The notes under the pieces were generated by a model that was given only the letters and a program-made list of their open reading frames with translations, was not told where the DNA came from and searched no databases. Shown here one piece after another: positions 7,521 to 16,565 of a stretch of 43,111 nt of DNA (position 1 is the first letter of the stretch; every line of letters starts with the position of its first letter). Origin of the DNA: a virus (Duplodnaviria > Caudoviricetes); the IMG/VR virus record IMGVR_UViG_3300049982_000065, positions 1 to 43,111 of that record, one strand, 5' to 3'. The position numbers and the translations under genes were made by a program.

Positions 7521-7816
7521 GCCTCCTGGCCGGTCTCACGGTTGAACACGTATCGTCGAAGCGTTGACAATGGAACATGCGCGAGGATCGGCCGGAGAAG
7601 CTCCATGAGATCCACCTCTCGACCGTACGGGCTGATCACGTTGCCGTCCGGATCGATGATGACCGTCTCCTCCGACATGTCGGAGAGGTAGGCGTCGTAT
7701 ACTTCTCCGACCTCCTCCCTTCCCTCGACTACCGCGAACTCTTCTCGACTCGTCTCGATCGTGGTCTGACCGATCGTGAACGCAGGTAGCTCGATATGTT
7801 CCCGATAGGTCATCAT
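7517..7816 (-). CDS. Hypothetical protein
   Basis: ORF track, AGGAGG RBS, overlapping stop/start. Confidence 0.7.
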   Translation of the reverse strand: MMTYREHIELPAFTIGQTTIETSREEFAVVEGREEVGEVYDAYLSDMSEETVIIDPDGNVISPYGREVDLMELLRPILAHVPLSTLRRYVFNRETGQEA

Positions 7817-9645
7817 GCCTCCTTCTCCTGGTTCGCACGTACGGTGTGCACAAGTGGGTCGATTCGCTGAGTGGCCACGGTGTGGTCGATCGCCTTGCTG
7901 ACCTCACCCTTGCTCATACCGGCTGTATCAATCCCGCGGCCGTGCGCCATCCGGAGCTGAGCCTCGGTCGGAGGTTCACGCCTCCACGCGCTCTTACGGG
8001 AGGTGAGCGTCTTTGTGCCGATCCCGCCCATCTCCATAGCCCTATCCTCAGCCAGGACTAGAGCCTCCTCCAACGGGAGGGCGGTGTCGTGCGCGAGGCC
8101 AGCCTTACGCGGTCCGGTCTTCGTGGTCCACACGATGCTCCACTCCGCGGGGGCCGACTCGTGCAGAAAGACGTATGCGGCGGAACCGGCGGAGATGTAG
8201 AAGGTCCCGCCCGGCGTCTGATCCCAGACCTTCTCCCGATGCAACGGATCGAACTCCACAATCTCCGTGGGCCCGTCGTGCACATAGGAGATGTCGTCCA
8301 CGATGGTGCCGGTCTGAACGTTCTCCTCCATTTGAAAAAGGAGATCCTCCATCTCCAGGAGGGACAGCTCCTCATCCTCCACCGCGGAGAGCGGTCGCTC
8401 CGGAGACAGGTCGATCAGTGACCGGAGATCGTGGTTTGCGCCGGCACCCACCACGTCCAGAATCAACGCCTTGCCGCGCTCTGCGCTCGGCTTAGTCAGA
8501 TCGGGCCGAAGCACGCGACCCACCATCTGCTGATAGAGAACGGGGTTACGGGTGGGTCGGGCGATGACCACCACATCGGCCCACGGCGCATCGAATCCCT
8601 CGGTCAGTACCATACAATTGTGGATGACGGCGATGTCTCCGGCGCGGAAGCGCTTCAGGATGAGCTTACGTTCTTCCCTCGGTAGACCACCGTGGATAAC
8701 CGCACTCGAAATTCCTGCGGCTTCGAATGCTTCCGCACCGTGATACGCGGTTTCCACGAGAGGCCAAAACGCGATGCCGCTGCGGAGATTGCCAGTGCCC
8801 GAATCGCGTGCTGTCTCCGCATACTTCTCCGCGATGATCTGCGGTGCGAACGTGCGCTCCAGCTCCTCCGCGATGCTCGCATCCTGGAAGTCACCACCCT
8901 GCGTCTTGACGTTGCTCATGTTGAGATCCGGGACCACCACGCGCTGGCCGTTCACATCGAGCAGATAGCCATGCCGGATCCCGAACAGGATGTCCCGCCG
9001 GAACGTGCACTCCTCCCACACTGTGGAGAGCTTGCCTTTGTCTCCGCGGGCGAGCGTAGCCGTGAAGCCGGCCACGAAGCAGCGCGGCGCGATCTCTTCG
9101 TCATGTTCGTCCATTACCGGCCACGCGCCGAAGTGCTCCAGGATCCTGCCGTACGTGTTGGAGCGCAGTGCATGGTGCGCCTCATCCACGATGATCAGAC
9201 CGACGTTGCGGAGTGCGACGCGGCGCTTCTCGGACGTAAGGGTCTGCCGGGAGCTGACCACGATTTGCGCGTGTACCTGGTTCAGGCCGGCCTTGACGAT
9301 GCCGACCGACAGGTGCGGGTTGCGCTCGCGTGCCTTCTTGGCCGCCTGCTCGATCAGCTCATCGGTATGTGCGATAACCAGCACCCGCGGGCCGAGCCCG
9401 TAGGCTTCATGCAGGGGTGCGGCGTACTCATTGCCGGTCACCCACAATGCTTCGAGCGGTGTGAAGATCTCCGTCTTGCCGAGCCCGGTCGCGAGCACCA
9501 TCGGAACGCGGGTGGCGCCGGTGTCCCACCGCAACACAAGATCGTTGATGGCCTGCTTCTGATAGGAACGCAGGTGCGGAAAACCGAGTGTCCAGCCTGC
9601 ATTGAGCGACCTGGGAGTATCGACCCCTCGCACCTTGAACGCCAT
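7813..9645 (-). CDS. SF2 DEAH-box (ResIII/IRC3-like) helicase
   Basis: LRSYQ, LATGLGKT, IIVDEAHH, GFTAT, LTEGFDAP, QMVGRVLR. Confidence 0.92.
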   Translation of the reverse strand: MAFKVRGVDTPRSLNAGWTLGFPHLRSYQKQAINDLVLRWDTGATRVPMVLATGLGKTEIFTPLEALWVTGNEYAAPLHEAYGLGPRVLVIAHTDELIEQAAKKARERNPHLSVGIVKAGLNQVHAQIVVSSRQTLTSEKRRVALRNVGLIIVDEAHHALRSNTYGRILEHFGAWPVMDEHDEEIAPRCFVAGFTATLARGDKGKLSTVWEECTFRRDILFGIRHGYLLDVNGQRVVVPDLNMSNVKTQGGDFQDASIAEELERTFAPQIIAEKYAETARDSGTGNLRSGIAFWPLVETAYHGAEAFEAAGISSAVIHGGLPREERKLILKRFRAGDIAVIHNCMVLTEGFDAPWADVVVIARPTRNPVLYQQMVGRVLRPDLTKPSAERGKALILDVVGAGANHDLRSLIDLSPERPLSAVEDEELSLLEMEDLLFQMEENVQTGTIVDDISYVHDGPTEIVEFDPLHREKVWDQTPGGTFYISAGSAAYVFLHESAPAEWSIVWTTKTGPRKAGLAHDTALPLEEALVLAEDRAMEMGGIGTKTLTSRKSAWRREPPTEAQLRMAHGRGIDTAGMSKGEVSKAIDHTVATQRIDPLVHTVRANQEKEA

Positions 9646-10307
9646 CACACGTACTCCAATAACTGACGGCCAAAATACTCGGTATAGACCGGCGGGGTGC
9701 ATTCGCGGATACCCTCACGAGTCATCCACGGCACGCCCATGTTGGCACGTACGTACGGCACGTTGCTAAAGTTGCCTACCGCCTGATACCAATCGCCTTC
9801 AATTAGCGGTCGGCCCATCTTGATCTGTGGGTAAAGATGCTTGCGATGATCAGAAACGATGAGCGGCACATTGCTTTCGAACTCACGATGCCGGTAGGTA
9901 CGCAGTCCCGGAAACATTGATCCGCACAGCATCACCGGATCTTTCATCGGGTCCACGTCTTCAGCACCCGCCATGAGCGGAGTGTTCTCAATGATGTATG
10001 GCACGCCAATAGCGAGCAAGAGATCACGAGTCGGGCCGATCAATCGCGGATGCTCGCGACCCTGAATCTTTTGCGCATTGGTCCGGCCCTGGCAGGGCGG
10101 CGCCGCATGATACGCCTGTGCTTGCGGGATCAGTCCCTCTAGAACAGCGTTCAGGTAGTTGATCGCGTCCCACTGCTGAAAGCGATACGGATAGCGTGAC
10201 TGCGGTGTGATGTCAATTCCCTCACGTACCGTCCATCCCGCCATCTCGTATCCCCAGCTAGCCGCACCCTGGCAGCAATAAAGATCCACGATCTCCGGTT
10301 TGATCAT
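9645..10307 (-). CDS. Short C5 cytosine DNA methyltransferase-like protein
   Basis: VDLYCCQG (variant motif I), GIDI, PPCQ (motif IV), IIEN (motif VI), R-H-R-x-F. Confidence 0.8.
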   Translation of the reverse strand: MIKPEIVDLYCCQGAASWGYEMAGWTVREGIDITPQSRYPYRFQQWDAINYLNAVLEGLIPQAQAYHAAPPCQGRTNAQKIQGREHPRLIGPTRDLLLAIGVPYIIENTPLMAGAEDVDPMKDPVMLCGSMFPGLRTYRHREFESNVPLIVSDHRKHLYPQIKMGRPLIEGDWYQAVGNFSNVPYVRANMGVPWMTREGIRECTPPVYTEYFGRQLLEYV

Positions 10308-10543
10308 TTTGCGAAGACGCCGTTACGCTCGTTGGCGATCCGCATCATCTTCGCGGGGTGGTTGGCCATCGTGACGAAACCGTGGATCCGCTCCGCCTGA
10401 TCGGCACCCTTGCGGGCCGCGATCGCAGGAGCCGCCGGACCGGTGACGACCGCCGTGTTGGCGTCCGCCGCGTGGGTCTTGCAGGTGCACGTGATCTTGA
10501 TAGCAGGCTGGCCGTTGCGGGTGGTGGTCTCGATCTCCGTCAT
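10304..10543 (-). CDS. Hypothetical protein, probably leaderless
   Basis: ATG 6 nt after -10 TAGGCT. Confidence 0.65.
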   Translation of the reverse strand: MTEIETTTRNGQPAIKITCTCKTHAADANTAVVTGPAAPAIAARKGADQAERIHGFVTMANHPAKMMRIANERNGVFAK

Positions 10544-10549
10544 GTCCAC

Positions 10550-10578
10550 AGCCTAACCCTATCTAGTCCAGATGTCAA
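10550..10578 (-). promoter_or_regulatory. Phage promoter/operator box
   Basis: TTGACA-tctggactagatagggt-TAGGCT. Confidence 0.8.
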
Positions 10579-10588
10579 CTAGCTTGAG

Positions 10589-11206
10589 CTACAGCCGGTT
10601 GCCCCAGCCCAGTAGCTCGATCGCCCGGAACTCTTCCGCGGTCAACAAGATCTCAACCGGCAGGGCGGACGGGATGTCCAGGATCTTCTCAGGATCGCTG
10701 CCCGGATAGTCGAGCCGGACGCGGGTGAGCATGTGCTCCACCGCCGCGTCATCCCAGTGCTTGCCGGTACCACCGTCCTTGACGTGCCGTGCCTCGATCG
10801 AGCAGGAGAGCACCTTGGCCGGCGGGGCGGTAGGAGTGTGCCGAATGGTGTCTCCCGTGCACACGTCCGCGTAGGTCCGCGGATACCACTGTGACTCTTC
10901 ATTCTCGTGAACCAATGCCGAGTCGGTTTCGGGACCTTCGGGCGGGAGGTCGGGCAACGTTTCGACTGTCACCGTCACGCCGTACCGGCCGTACTCATCG
11001 CCATAGCCGGACTCACTCAGCGATGCAATGAGAACGCCATCAACCGGAGATGTCCACCGGATCTTCATGCCGTACGGAGCATTGAGTCCAGGAAGATCGG
11101 GATCATCGATCCGTCGCATCCATTCGTCAATTGTTCCGGTGGCGTACTCCTGGAGAATCAGCCTAAGCTGCTCCCTGTTCTCTGGAGTCATTGATCTACC
11201 CACCAT
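10589..11206 (-). CDS. Hypothetical protein
   Basis: 205-aa ORF in a co-directional cluster. Confidence 0.7.
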   Translation of the reverse strand: MVGRSMTPENREQLRLILQEYATGTIDEWMRRIDDPDLPGLNAPYGMKIRWTSPVDGVLIASLSESGYGDEYGRYGVTVTVETLPDLPPEGPETDSALVHENEESQWYPRTYADVCTGDTIRHTPTAPPAKVLSCSIEARHVKDGGTGKHWDDAAVEHMLTRVRLDYPGSDPEKILDIPSALPVEILLTAEEFRAIELLGWGNRL

Positions 11207-11263
11207 GTCACACGCTCTCCTGCTTCAGATAGCCGATACGTCTCCCTAATGCGAAGAACAATC

Positions 11264-11734
11264 TCATGGCCGGTCACCCTTCAGAACCTCAGTCAACGGG
11301 ACGAAGCGGAGAAGTTGTTCCCATGACACGTCACGGAAGTTGAGGCTGGGCTGATCAAGACGTGTCCACGCTTGAGTACTTTCACCCATCCTTGCACGAA
11401 CGTGTGACACGAGCGTCCAAGTATCTTCGTCCTTGTCGACAACCTCGAATCCCAACGCCTCCGGCTTGGGTGGGTCGCCCGATCCATTCCACCACTGGCG
11501 CGCCACGCGCGAAACATTGGCCGGCCACACGGTCATGTGAGTAATAGCTTGACTCAGTGCATCGCGTAGCTGGGTGAGGTGCTCCACATCAAACGACTGC
11601 GGCATGATCTTGCCGTGGATCTCGCTGTACGTGAACGCCGGATAGAGCACGGCGCGCTTGTCATCCACCTCGATCTTGTCGAAGCAGGGAACGCCGGTCG
11701 CCACCCACCCGTTGCTCTTCCATTCAACAGTCAT
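11264..11734 (-). CDS. Hypothetical protein
   Basis: 156-aa ORF with GGAG RBS. Confidence 0.7.
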   Translation of the reverse strand: MTVEWKSNGWVATGVPCFDKIEVDDKRAVLYPAFTYSEIHGKIMPQSFDVEHLTQLRDALSQAITHMTVWPANVSRVARQWWNGSGDPPKPEALGFEVVDKDEDTWTLVSHVRARMGESTQAWTRLDQPSLNFRDVSWEQLLRFVPLTEVLKGDRP

Positions 11735-11904
11735 CGCGCACTCCAGGTGGAACGGTAGGTGACGGCACAGTAGAGGAAGCCGAGCGCGGCCAGAGAGCAG
11801 AGCGCTGCACCGATCGTCCGGCCGTCCGCGAACCGGAAGGCCGCATTCATCGCGAAGAGAAGCGACACGATGGCAAACAACGTCCGCATGAATGTCTTGA
11901 TCAT
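11731..11904 (-). CDS. Small 2-TM membrane protein (57 aa)
   Basis: Manual translation MIKTFMRTLFAIVSLLFAMNAAF...; ATGA overlaps at both ends. Confidence 0.6.
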   Translation of the reverse strand: MIKTFMRTLFAIVSLLFAMNAAFRFADGRTIGAALCSLAALGFLYCAVTYRSTWSAR

Positions 11905-12158
11905 GATGAAGTTTCCTTGTCGATCATGTCTGCGACTTTTTCTGCCATCAAAGCGACCGTGTAGCCGACCATCTTGAGAATGCAGTAGTTGAACAGGACG
12001 GAAAAGCCGAACGCTCCGAACGCCGTGATCACATGACCAGTGTCCGTGAAGACGACAGTCCGCCAGATCGTCAGGACCAGCAGGACCGCGGCCAGGAGGA
12101 GGAACCCGCCTGCACGAGCACCAGGATTGACGTTCTTCGTAGTGATGATCTTAACCAT
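11901..12158 (-). CDS. 2-TM membrane protein
   Basis: 85 aa with two hydrophobic segments; first gene of the left arm. Confidence 0.65.
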   Translation of the reverse strand: MVKIITTKNVNPGARAGGFLLLAAVLLVLTIWRTVVFTDTGHVITAFGAFGFSVLFNYCILKMVGYTVALMAEKVADMIDKETSS

Positions 12159-12174
12159 GTCAGCTCCAGTTAGC

Positions 12175-12245
12175 TAGTCCAGATGTCAACTAGTACGCTA
12201 CGGGGCGGGCGACCAGTTGTCAACTGGACTAGTCTGGCGTACCGT
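12175..12245. promoter_or_regulatory. Divergent control region between the genome arms
   Basis: Palindrome CCAGTTGTCAACTGG (12213-12227) supplies a -35 on both strands. -10 TAGCGT (left, 12195-12200) and TACCGT (right, 12240-12245), both at 17-nt spacing. Additional CTGGACTAG boxes. Confidence 0.7.
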
Positions 12246-12305
12246 GGGCAGATAGCAGGCTACGCAGCATGCATCGGTAAAGAGGACATACGAGAGGAAC
12301 AGGAC

Positions 12306-12611
12306 ATGTCGTCCAAAAAGCAGTTCATGATCTCTGTCGATGAGGTCGACCGAGACCGGCTCGACGCACTGCGCATCGTCATGGGCGTGAGCCGTGCCGA
12401 GGCGGCCAGGCAGGCGCTCCAGCGCAAGGGACTCGCCGGTCTAGAGTCCGCCTACCACCCGCGACTGGCGCGGCTGTACGCGCTCGCCCAGCGGGCCGGG
12501 TGCCGGCGTTGGCCGGAATATGTCCGCCAGCTCACCGGCGACGGGAAGGGCCTCCAGCGGCTCCCCTCGCTGGAGGAGCTGGAGGACATGGAATCACATC
12601 TGACCGCTTGA
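12306..12611 (+). CDS. Ribbon-helix-helix (CopG/Arc-like) transcriptional regulator
   Basis: KQFMISV (beta strand)-DEVDRDRLDALRIVMG-VSRAEAARQAL pattern; GAGGA RBS; first gene right of the divergent promoter. Confidence 0.7.
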   Translation: MSSKKQFMISVDEVDRDRLDALRIVMGVSRAEAARQALQRKGLAGLESAYHPRLARLYALAQRAGCRRWPEYVRQLTGDGKGLQRLPSLEELEDMESHLTA

Positions 12612-12712
12612 CCAGCGGCGTAGCCTGACGCCACCCGTAACGCAAAACGCGCGCATCGGCGGGATGCGCGCGTCTCACTGTCCCTACGAAAAGACGAGAC
12701 GAGATTACCATA

Positions 12713-14914
12713 ATGGGTGATGATCCAACCAACGGAACACAAGATATAGTATCTGCCGCCCAACGCGAGGCGTTGGACATCGCCCGCCAGTTGATCGCCG
12801 CGGGCGCACCCGTGTTCGTTGCCAAGCCGTGCCCCGTGACCGGCGGCCAAGAGTGCACAACCCCCAGCGCGTGCATCGGCCGGGAGTACCACCTTCCGGC
12901 CAAATGGCAGCTCACCGTCCCGTCCACCGTGTGGCTCGACCGATGGCGACCTGGAGACGCACTCGCCGTGGTGGGCGGGCACGTCCTGGACGTGATCGAC
13001 GAAGACCCGCGCAGCGACGGGGACGTGTCCGCCCAGCAGATGCGTGATGCCGGCCAGTGGCCGCGGGTCTTCGGGATGCAGACTACGCCGAGCGGTGGCC
13101 GGCACTACCTGATTTCCCCCACCGGCGAGCGTGAGACGAATAGCTTCATGCCCGGCCTCGATCTCCAGAGCGGGGCGCCGGACGGAAGCGGCCGGGCGTT
13201 CGCGTTCATCGCACCCACCGTCAAGCGGAGCAAGGCACCGGAGACGCTCGGCCGGCTCGGCACCTATGAGTGGGTGAAGCCGCCCGACTTGGAGATGCTC
13301 GCGGAGTTCGGCACCACCGACGATTCGATCGAGGGCGTACGTACACGGGTCGCCAGCGCGCGTGCCCGGGCGGCCAGGGCAACCCCCACCGACCGCGGAC
13401 CGTTCGCCACGCCCTCCCAACTGAACGGCGCCACCAGCGGCTCCCGGCTGTTCACCCCCGCGGAGGCGCTGGAGCACTGCCGGCCTGCTCTGCTCGACTT
13501 GGAGCGGGCGCCGATCGGACAGATCGAGGAGCGCTGCAACCGGGCCGCGGTCACCCTCTCCCACTTCGTACCCACCATGTGGAGCGCGGAGCAGGCGATG
13601 GTCATGCTCCGCATTGCGCTCGGGCACACGGCGTACGACGAGAGCCATCCGGCCAGCGCGTGGACAGTGGAGAAATTCGTGCCGGTCTTGGACGGCAGGC
13701 GACCGCCACTCGACCCGTGGAAGGCGGAACGCCGGCCGGAGTCGCTCGCGGAGGTGGTGACCCCTGCCGTAGACGCAGTTGATGCACTGATCGCGGAGAT
13801 GCTCACCCCCGCGCAGATCGCGCTGCATCCGGCACCACGTCCCTTGATCAAGGGGTTGCTCACCTTCGACAGCGAGTCGTGGTTGATCGGTGAGCCGGGA
13901 TCCAAGAAGAGTTTTGTGGGGCTGGACATGGCTGGTCACGTGGCGACTGGCAAGCCGTGGCAGGGATTGAAGGTCACCCAGACACGAGTGGTCATGATCG
14001 TTGCCGAAGGGGCTGGTGGCAGCGGACTGCGGATCAGTGCGTGGGAGCAGACCTACGGGCCGATGGGTGATGAAGTATTTATTCTGCCGCGTCCCGTGCA
14101 GGCGGCGAACCTCACGGCATGGGCGGTACTGGTGGAGGCGTGCCGCCGGTTGACGCCGGGCATGGTTGTTATCGACACTCAGGCACGGGTTACGGTGGGG
14201 CTGGAAGAGAACTCCGCTAAGGAGATGGGCATCTACGTAGAGGCGGTCCGCGCTATTCGAGAAGCCACTGGAGCGTGCGTGCTGACTGTGCACCATACCG
14301 GGCGCAAGGGTGGCGATGCCCGCGGATCAAGCGCCATCGACGGAGCGCAGTCCACGGAGCTGAAGGTCAAAGCGCTAGATGGCATGCGCGGGGAGTTGAT
14401 CACGGAGAAGCAGAAGGATCTTGAGTTGAGGCCCAAGATGGATCTTCTCTTTGAGCGCGTGACGCTCGGCGTGGATGAAGACGGGGACCCGATCACCTCG
14501 CTTGTGCTGGTTGCCGATGAGTACAAGAAGGCGGCGGACAGCTCATCGATCGAGGGAGTTGTTCAAGATCCCGGAGGAGCTGTGAGGATCTCCGATCCCG
14601 GTACGTGGGTCGAGCGTCTGATCACGGAGGAGAGCGCGCATGCCCCTGTCGCCCGGCAACTACTTCAGACGTTGCTGGAGCAGGGCGGCCAGGAGGGGCT
14701 GACCAAGGGCGACTACCGCAAGAACATCGCTGAGCGTTGGTACGCGGACCGGCCGGCCACGTCCCGGAGCAAGCGTGGGATCGATCAACAGACGTGGGAT
14801 CGAGCATGGGCCGCAGTGGAGAAGATCGAGGTGTCCGGAGAGTTGGTCATGGTAGACGGTAGGGGGCAGAAAAAGATCTTCAACCCCTCCCTCCGAGACA
14901 TTACCGGTCAGTAA
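12713..14914 (+). CDS. Bifunctional primase-polymerase fused to AAA_25/RecA-like helicase
   Basis: Prim-Pol motifs (VIDEDPR, TPSGGRHY, IAP); Walker A GEPGSKKS, VAEG, VIDTQAR, VHHTGR, RGSSA. Confidence 0.9.
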   Translation: MGDDPTNGTQDIVSAAQREALDIARQLIAAGAPVFVAKPCPVTGGQECTTPSACIGREYHLPAKWQLTVPSTVWLDRWRPGDALAVVGGHVLDVIDEDPRSDGDVSAQQMRDAGQWPRVFGMQTTPSGGRHYLISPTGERETNSFMPGLDLQSGAPDGSGRAFAFIAPTVKRSKAPETLGRLGTYEWVKPPDLEMLAEFGTTDDSIEGVRTRVASARARAARATPTDRGPFATPSQLNGATSGSRLFTPAEALEHCRPALLDLERAPIGQIEERCNRAAVTLSHFVPTMWSAEQAMVMLRIALGHTAYDESHPASAWTVEKFVPVLDGRRPPLDPWKAERRPESLAEVVTPAVDAVDALIAEMLTPAQIALHPAPRPLIKGLLTFDSESWLIGEPGSKKSFVGLDMAGHVATGKPWQGLKVTQTRVVMIVAEGAGGSGLRISAWEQTYGPMGDEVFILPRPVQAANLTAWAVLVEACRRLTPGMVVIDTQARVTVGLEENSAKEMGIYVEAVRAIREATGACVLTVHHTGRKGGDARGSSAIDGAQSTELKVKALDGMRGELITEKQKDLELRPKMDLLFERVTLGVDEDGDPITSLVLVADEYKKAADSSSIEGVVQDPGGAVRISDPGTWVERLITEESAHAPVARQLLQTLLEQGGQEGLTKGDYRKNIAERWYADRPATSRSKRGIDQQTWDRAWAAVEKIEVSGELVMVDGRGQKKIFNPSLRDITGQ

Positions 14915-14919
14915 CTTAG

Positions 14920-15125
14920 CTGTGCGCAAGCTTGTGCACGATCAACTTCTTGTGCACAAGCTTGCGCTCACAAGATCAGCTCAGCTCTGCACAGCACTGC
15001 ACAACGCCTGACCTGCACTTGTGCACAGCACTGCACAGCTGTGCACAAGCATCCCAGACTGTTGTGCACAGCGCCCCGACCCCTAGGAGGGGCGCGTACA
15101 GCACAAGGGCACGTTCTGCACAGAG
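14920..15125. repeat. TGCACA/TGTGCACA repeat cluster, putative replication origin
   Basis: 8 TGCACA copies (14953, 14988, 14998, 15022, 15032, 15042, 15065, 15117) directly after the primase-helicase. Confidence 0.6.
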
Positions 15126-15130
15126 ACCAG

Positions 15131-15158
15131 TTGACAAGTGGACTGGTGGAGATAGGCT
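15131..15158 (+). promoter_or_regulatory. Phage promoter/operator box
   Basis: TTGACA-agtggactggtggaga-TAGGCT. Confidence 0.75.
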
Positions 15159-15180
15159 CGGGAAAACGAGAGGAAAAGTC

Positions 15181-15597
15181 ATGATCCACATGTTGACCGG
15201 CAAGCCGCTGATCTCGATCGCCGGGGAGGAGCTGACCGTGGGGGACATCGCGGCCGGCACCTTCACGTGGGCGGCCGTCACCTGTCCCGCGTGCCTGGTG
15301 ATCCACGAGAACCGGGAGAGCGGGGGTGCCCCCCTGGCCGCCATCGCCGCTGCCGCGCTCGCCGAAGCCCGGTTCTACACCGAGAAGGCGGAGCAGGCGG
15401 TGCAGCGCGCGGCGCTGGCGCAGCGCCAGGCGGCTCAAGAGGCGTTTCCGGTCCTACGGGTAGGGCCGGAACCTTCTCAGGGGCGCTCAGCGGTCCCGTT
15501 CGCCACCCCCGCCCTGCTCGCCCGGCTTCGGAAGGTCGAGCTACCCGCGGTCTGCGAGATCCCGGCGTGCGGGTGCTCCGGTTCGGTGCACTCATGA
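15181..15597 (+). CDS. Hypothetical protein (CxxC and C-terminal Cys/His cluster)
   Basis: ATG with GAGGA RBS after the promoter. Confidence 0.6.
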   Translation: MIHMLTGKPLISIAGEELTVGDIAAGTFTWAAVTCPACLVIHENRESGGAPLAAIAAAALAEARFYTEKAEQAVQRAALAQRQAAQEAFPVLRVGPEPSQGRSAVPFATPALLARLRKVELPAVCEIPACGCSGSVHS

Positions 15598-15761
15598 GGG
15601 ATCGGGATCCGGCGCGCTGGTGGTTCCTGGTCGCGGTGGTGCCTGGCCTGGCGGCAGTGGTGGCCGGCCTGGTCACGGGGAACTCCGCGTTGGTGGTCGG
15701 TGGTGCGCTCGGTGGAGCGTTCTGGCTGGTCGGGGCACTCTTCCTAATCTTGTTTATCTAG
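15594..15761 (+). CDS. Small 2-TM protein (55 aa)
   Basis: MRDRDPARWWFLVAVV...; ATGA overlap. Confidence 0.6.
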   Translation: MRDRDPARWWFLVAVVPGLAAVVAGLVTGNSALVVGGALGGAFWLVGALFLILFI

Positions 15762-15789
15762 TTGACATCTGGACTGGTTAGGGTAGGAT
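15762..15789 (+). promoter_or_regulatory. Phage promoter/operator box
   Basis: TTGACA-tctggactggttaggg-TAGGAT; ATG 6 nt later. Confidence 0.8.
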
Positions 15790-15795
15790 GGGGGT

Positions 15796-16029
15796 ATGAA
15801 CATGGACATCATGATCGAAGCACTGAGCGCGGATGCGAAGACTGCGCTTGCTAGTGCCCGCGGATACCACTGCGGCACCGTGGTTATGGCTGGTGTCGCC
15901 ACCTCCACCTTGTGGGAGTTGGAGGACCGGGGGTTGATCGGGCCGAACGGCGGGCTCACCATCCGTGGCAGTGTGGTCGCGATGAAGCTCCAGAACGCGC
16001 AACTCGATGCGCTGTTCGGGCCGGAGTGA
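15796..16029 (+). CDS. Hypothetical protein (possible small wHTH), probably leaderless
   Basis: 77 aa; TLWELEDRGLI...LTIRG pattern. Confidence 0.65.
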   Translation: MNMDIMIEALSADAKTALASARGYHCGTVVMAGVATSTLWELEDRGLIGPNGGLTIRGSVVAMKLQNAQLDALFGPE

Positions 16030-16565
16030 CCGAGATGGACGCGGGCGAGGAGATCGGGCGTGGCTTCATTTCCGGCAAGCCGCGCCCGAAAGGCTCGCTG
16101 AAACCGCGGGTCGGGCGCGATGGTCGCGGGAAGATGACGATCACCCTGCATGACGATCCGGACAGCGAAGCCTGGAAACGTACCATGATCAAGTGGATCC
16201 GTGCGAAGTACGGCATCGTCCCGATCGTCGAGAGTGGCAAGATCATCGCCTTCGATCCGGCGCCGTACGCGGGAGCTGTGTCGGTCGGCGCGGTCTTCTA
16301 CTTCGTCAAGACGATCGGTGTCAATGGCGAGGTATGGCCATCGCACGATACGGAGTGGCCGATGGCCGATGACATCGGAGACACGGACAAGCTCCAGCGC
16401 AACCTTGGCGATGCGCTGGAGCAGTCGGGTCTGATCGCTAACGACCGGAACATCGTGAAGTGGTGTGATCCGCAGAAGCGTTGGCGTAGCGATGATGAGT
16501 TCTTCGCTCGTGATGGCGTGGAGTTAGTCGGTCCGGGCGTGTGGTTTCAGGTGGACGCGGCATGA
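16026..16565 (+). CDS. rusA: RusA-family Holliday junction resolvase
   Basis: GKPRPKGS N-terminus; GDTDKLQRNLGDAL..SGLIANDRNIV catalytic motif. Confidence 0.85.
   Translation: MTEMDAGEEIGRGFISGKPRPKGSLKPRVGRDGRGKMTITLHDDPDSEAWKRTMIKWIRAKYGIVPIVESGKIIAFDPAPYAGAVSVGAVFYFVKTIGVNGEVWPSHDTEWPMADDIGDTDKLQRNLGDALEQSGLIANDRNIVKWCDPQKRWRSDDEFFARDGVELVGPGVWFQVDAA

Noticed and set aside
12452-14296. 614-aa antisense ORF (and similar long shadow ORFs, e.g. 19056..20228, 8692..9666)
   Set aside because: Antisense shadows of high-GC genes with clear motifs on the other strand
14932-15180. Cys/His-rich N-terminal extension of ORF 14932..15597
   Set aside because: An artefact of translating the TGCACA repeats; the promoter and RBS support a start at 15181
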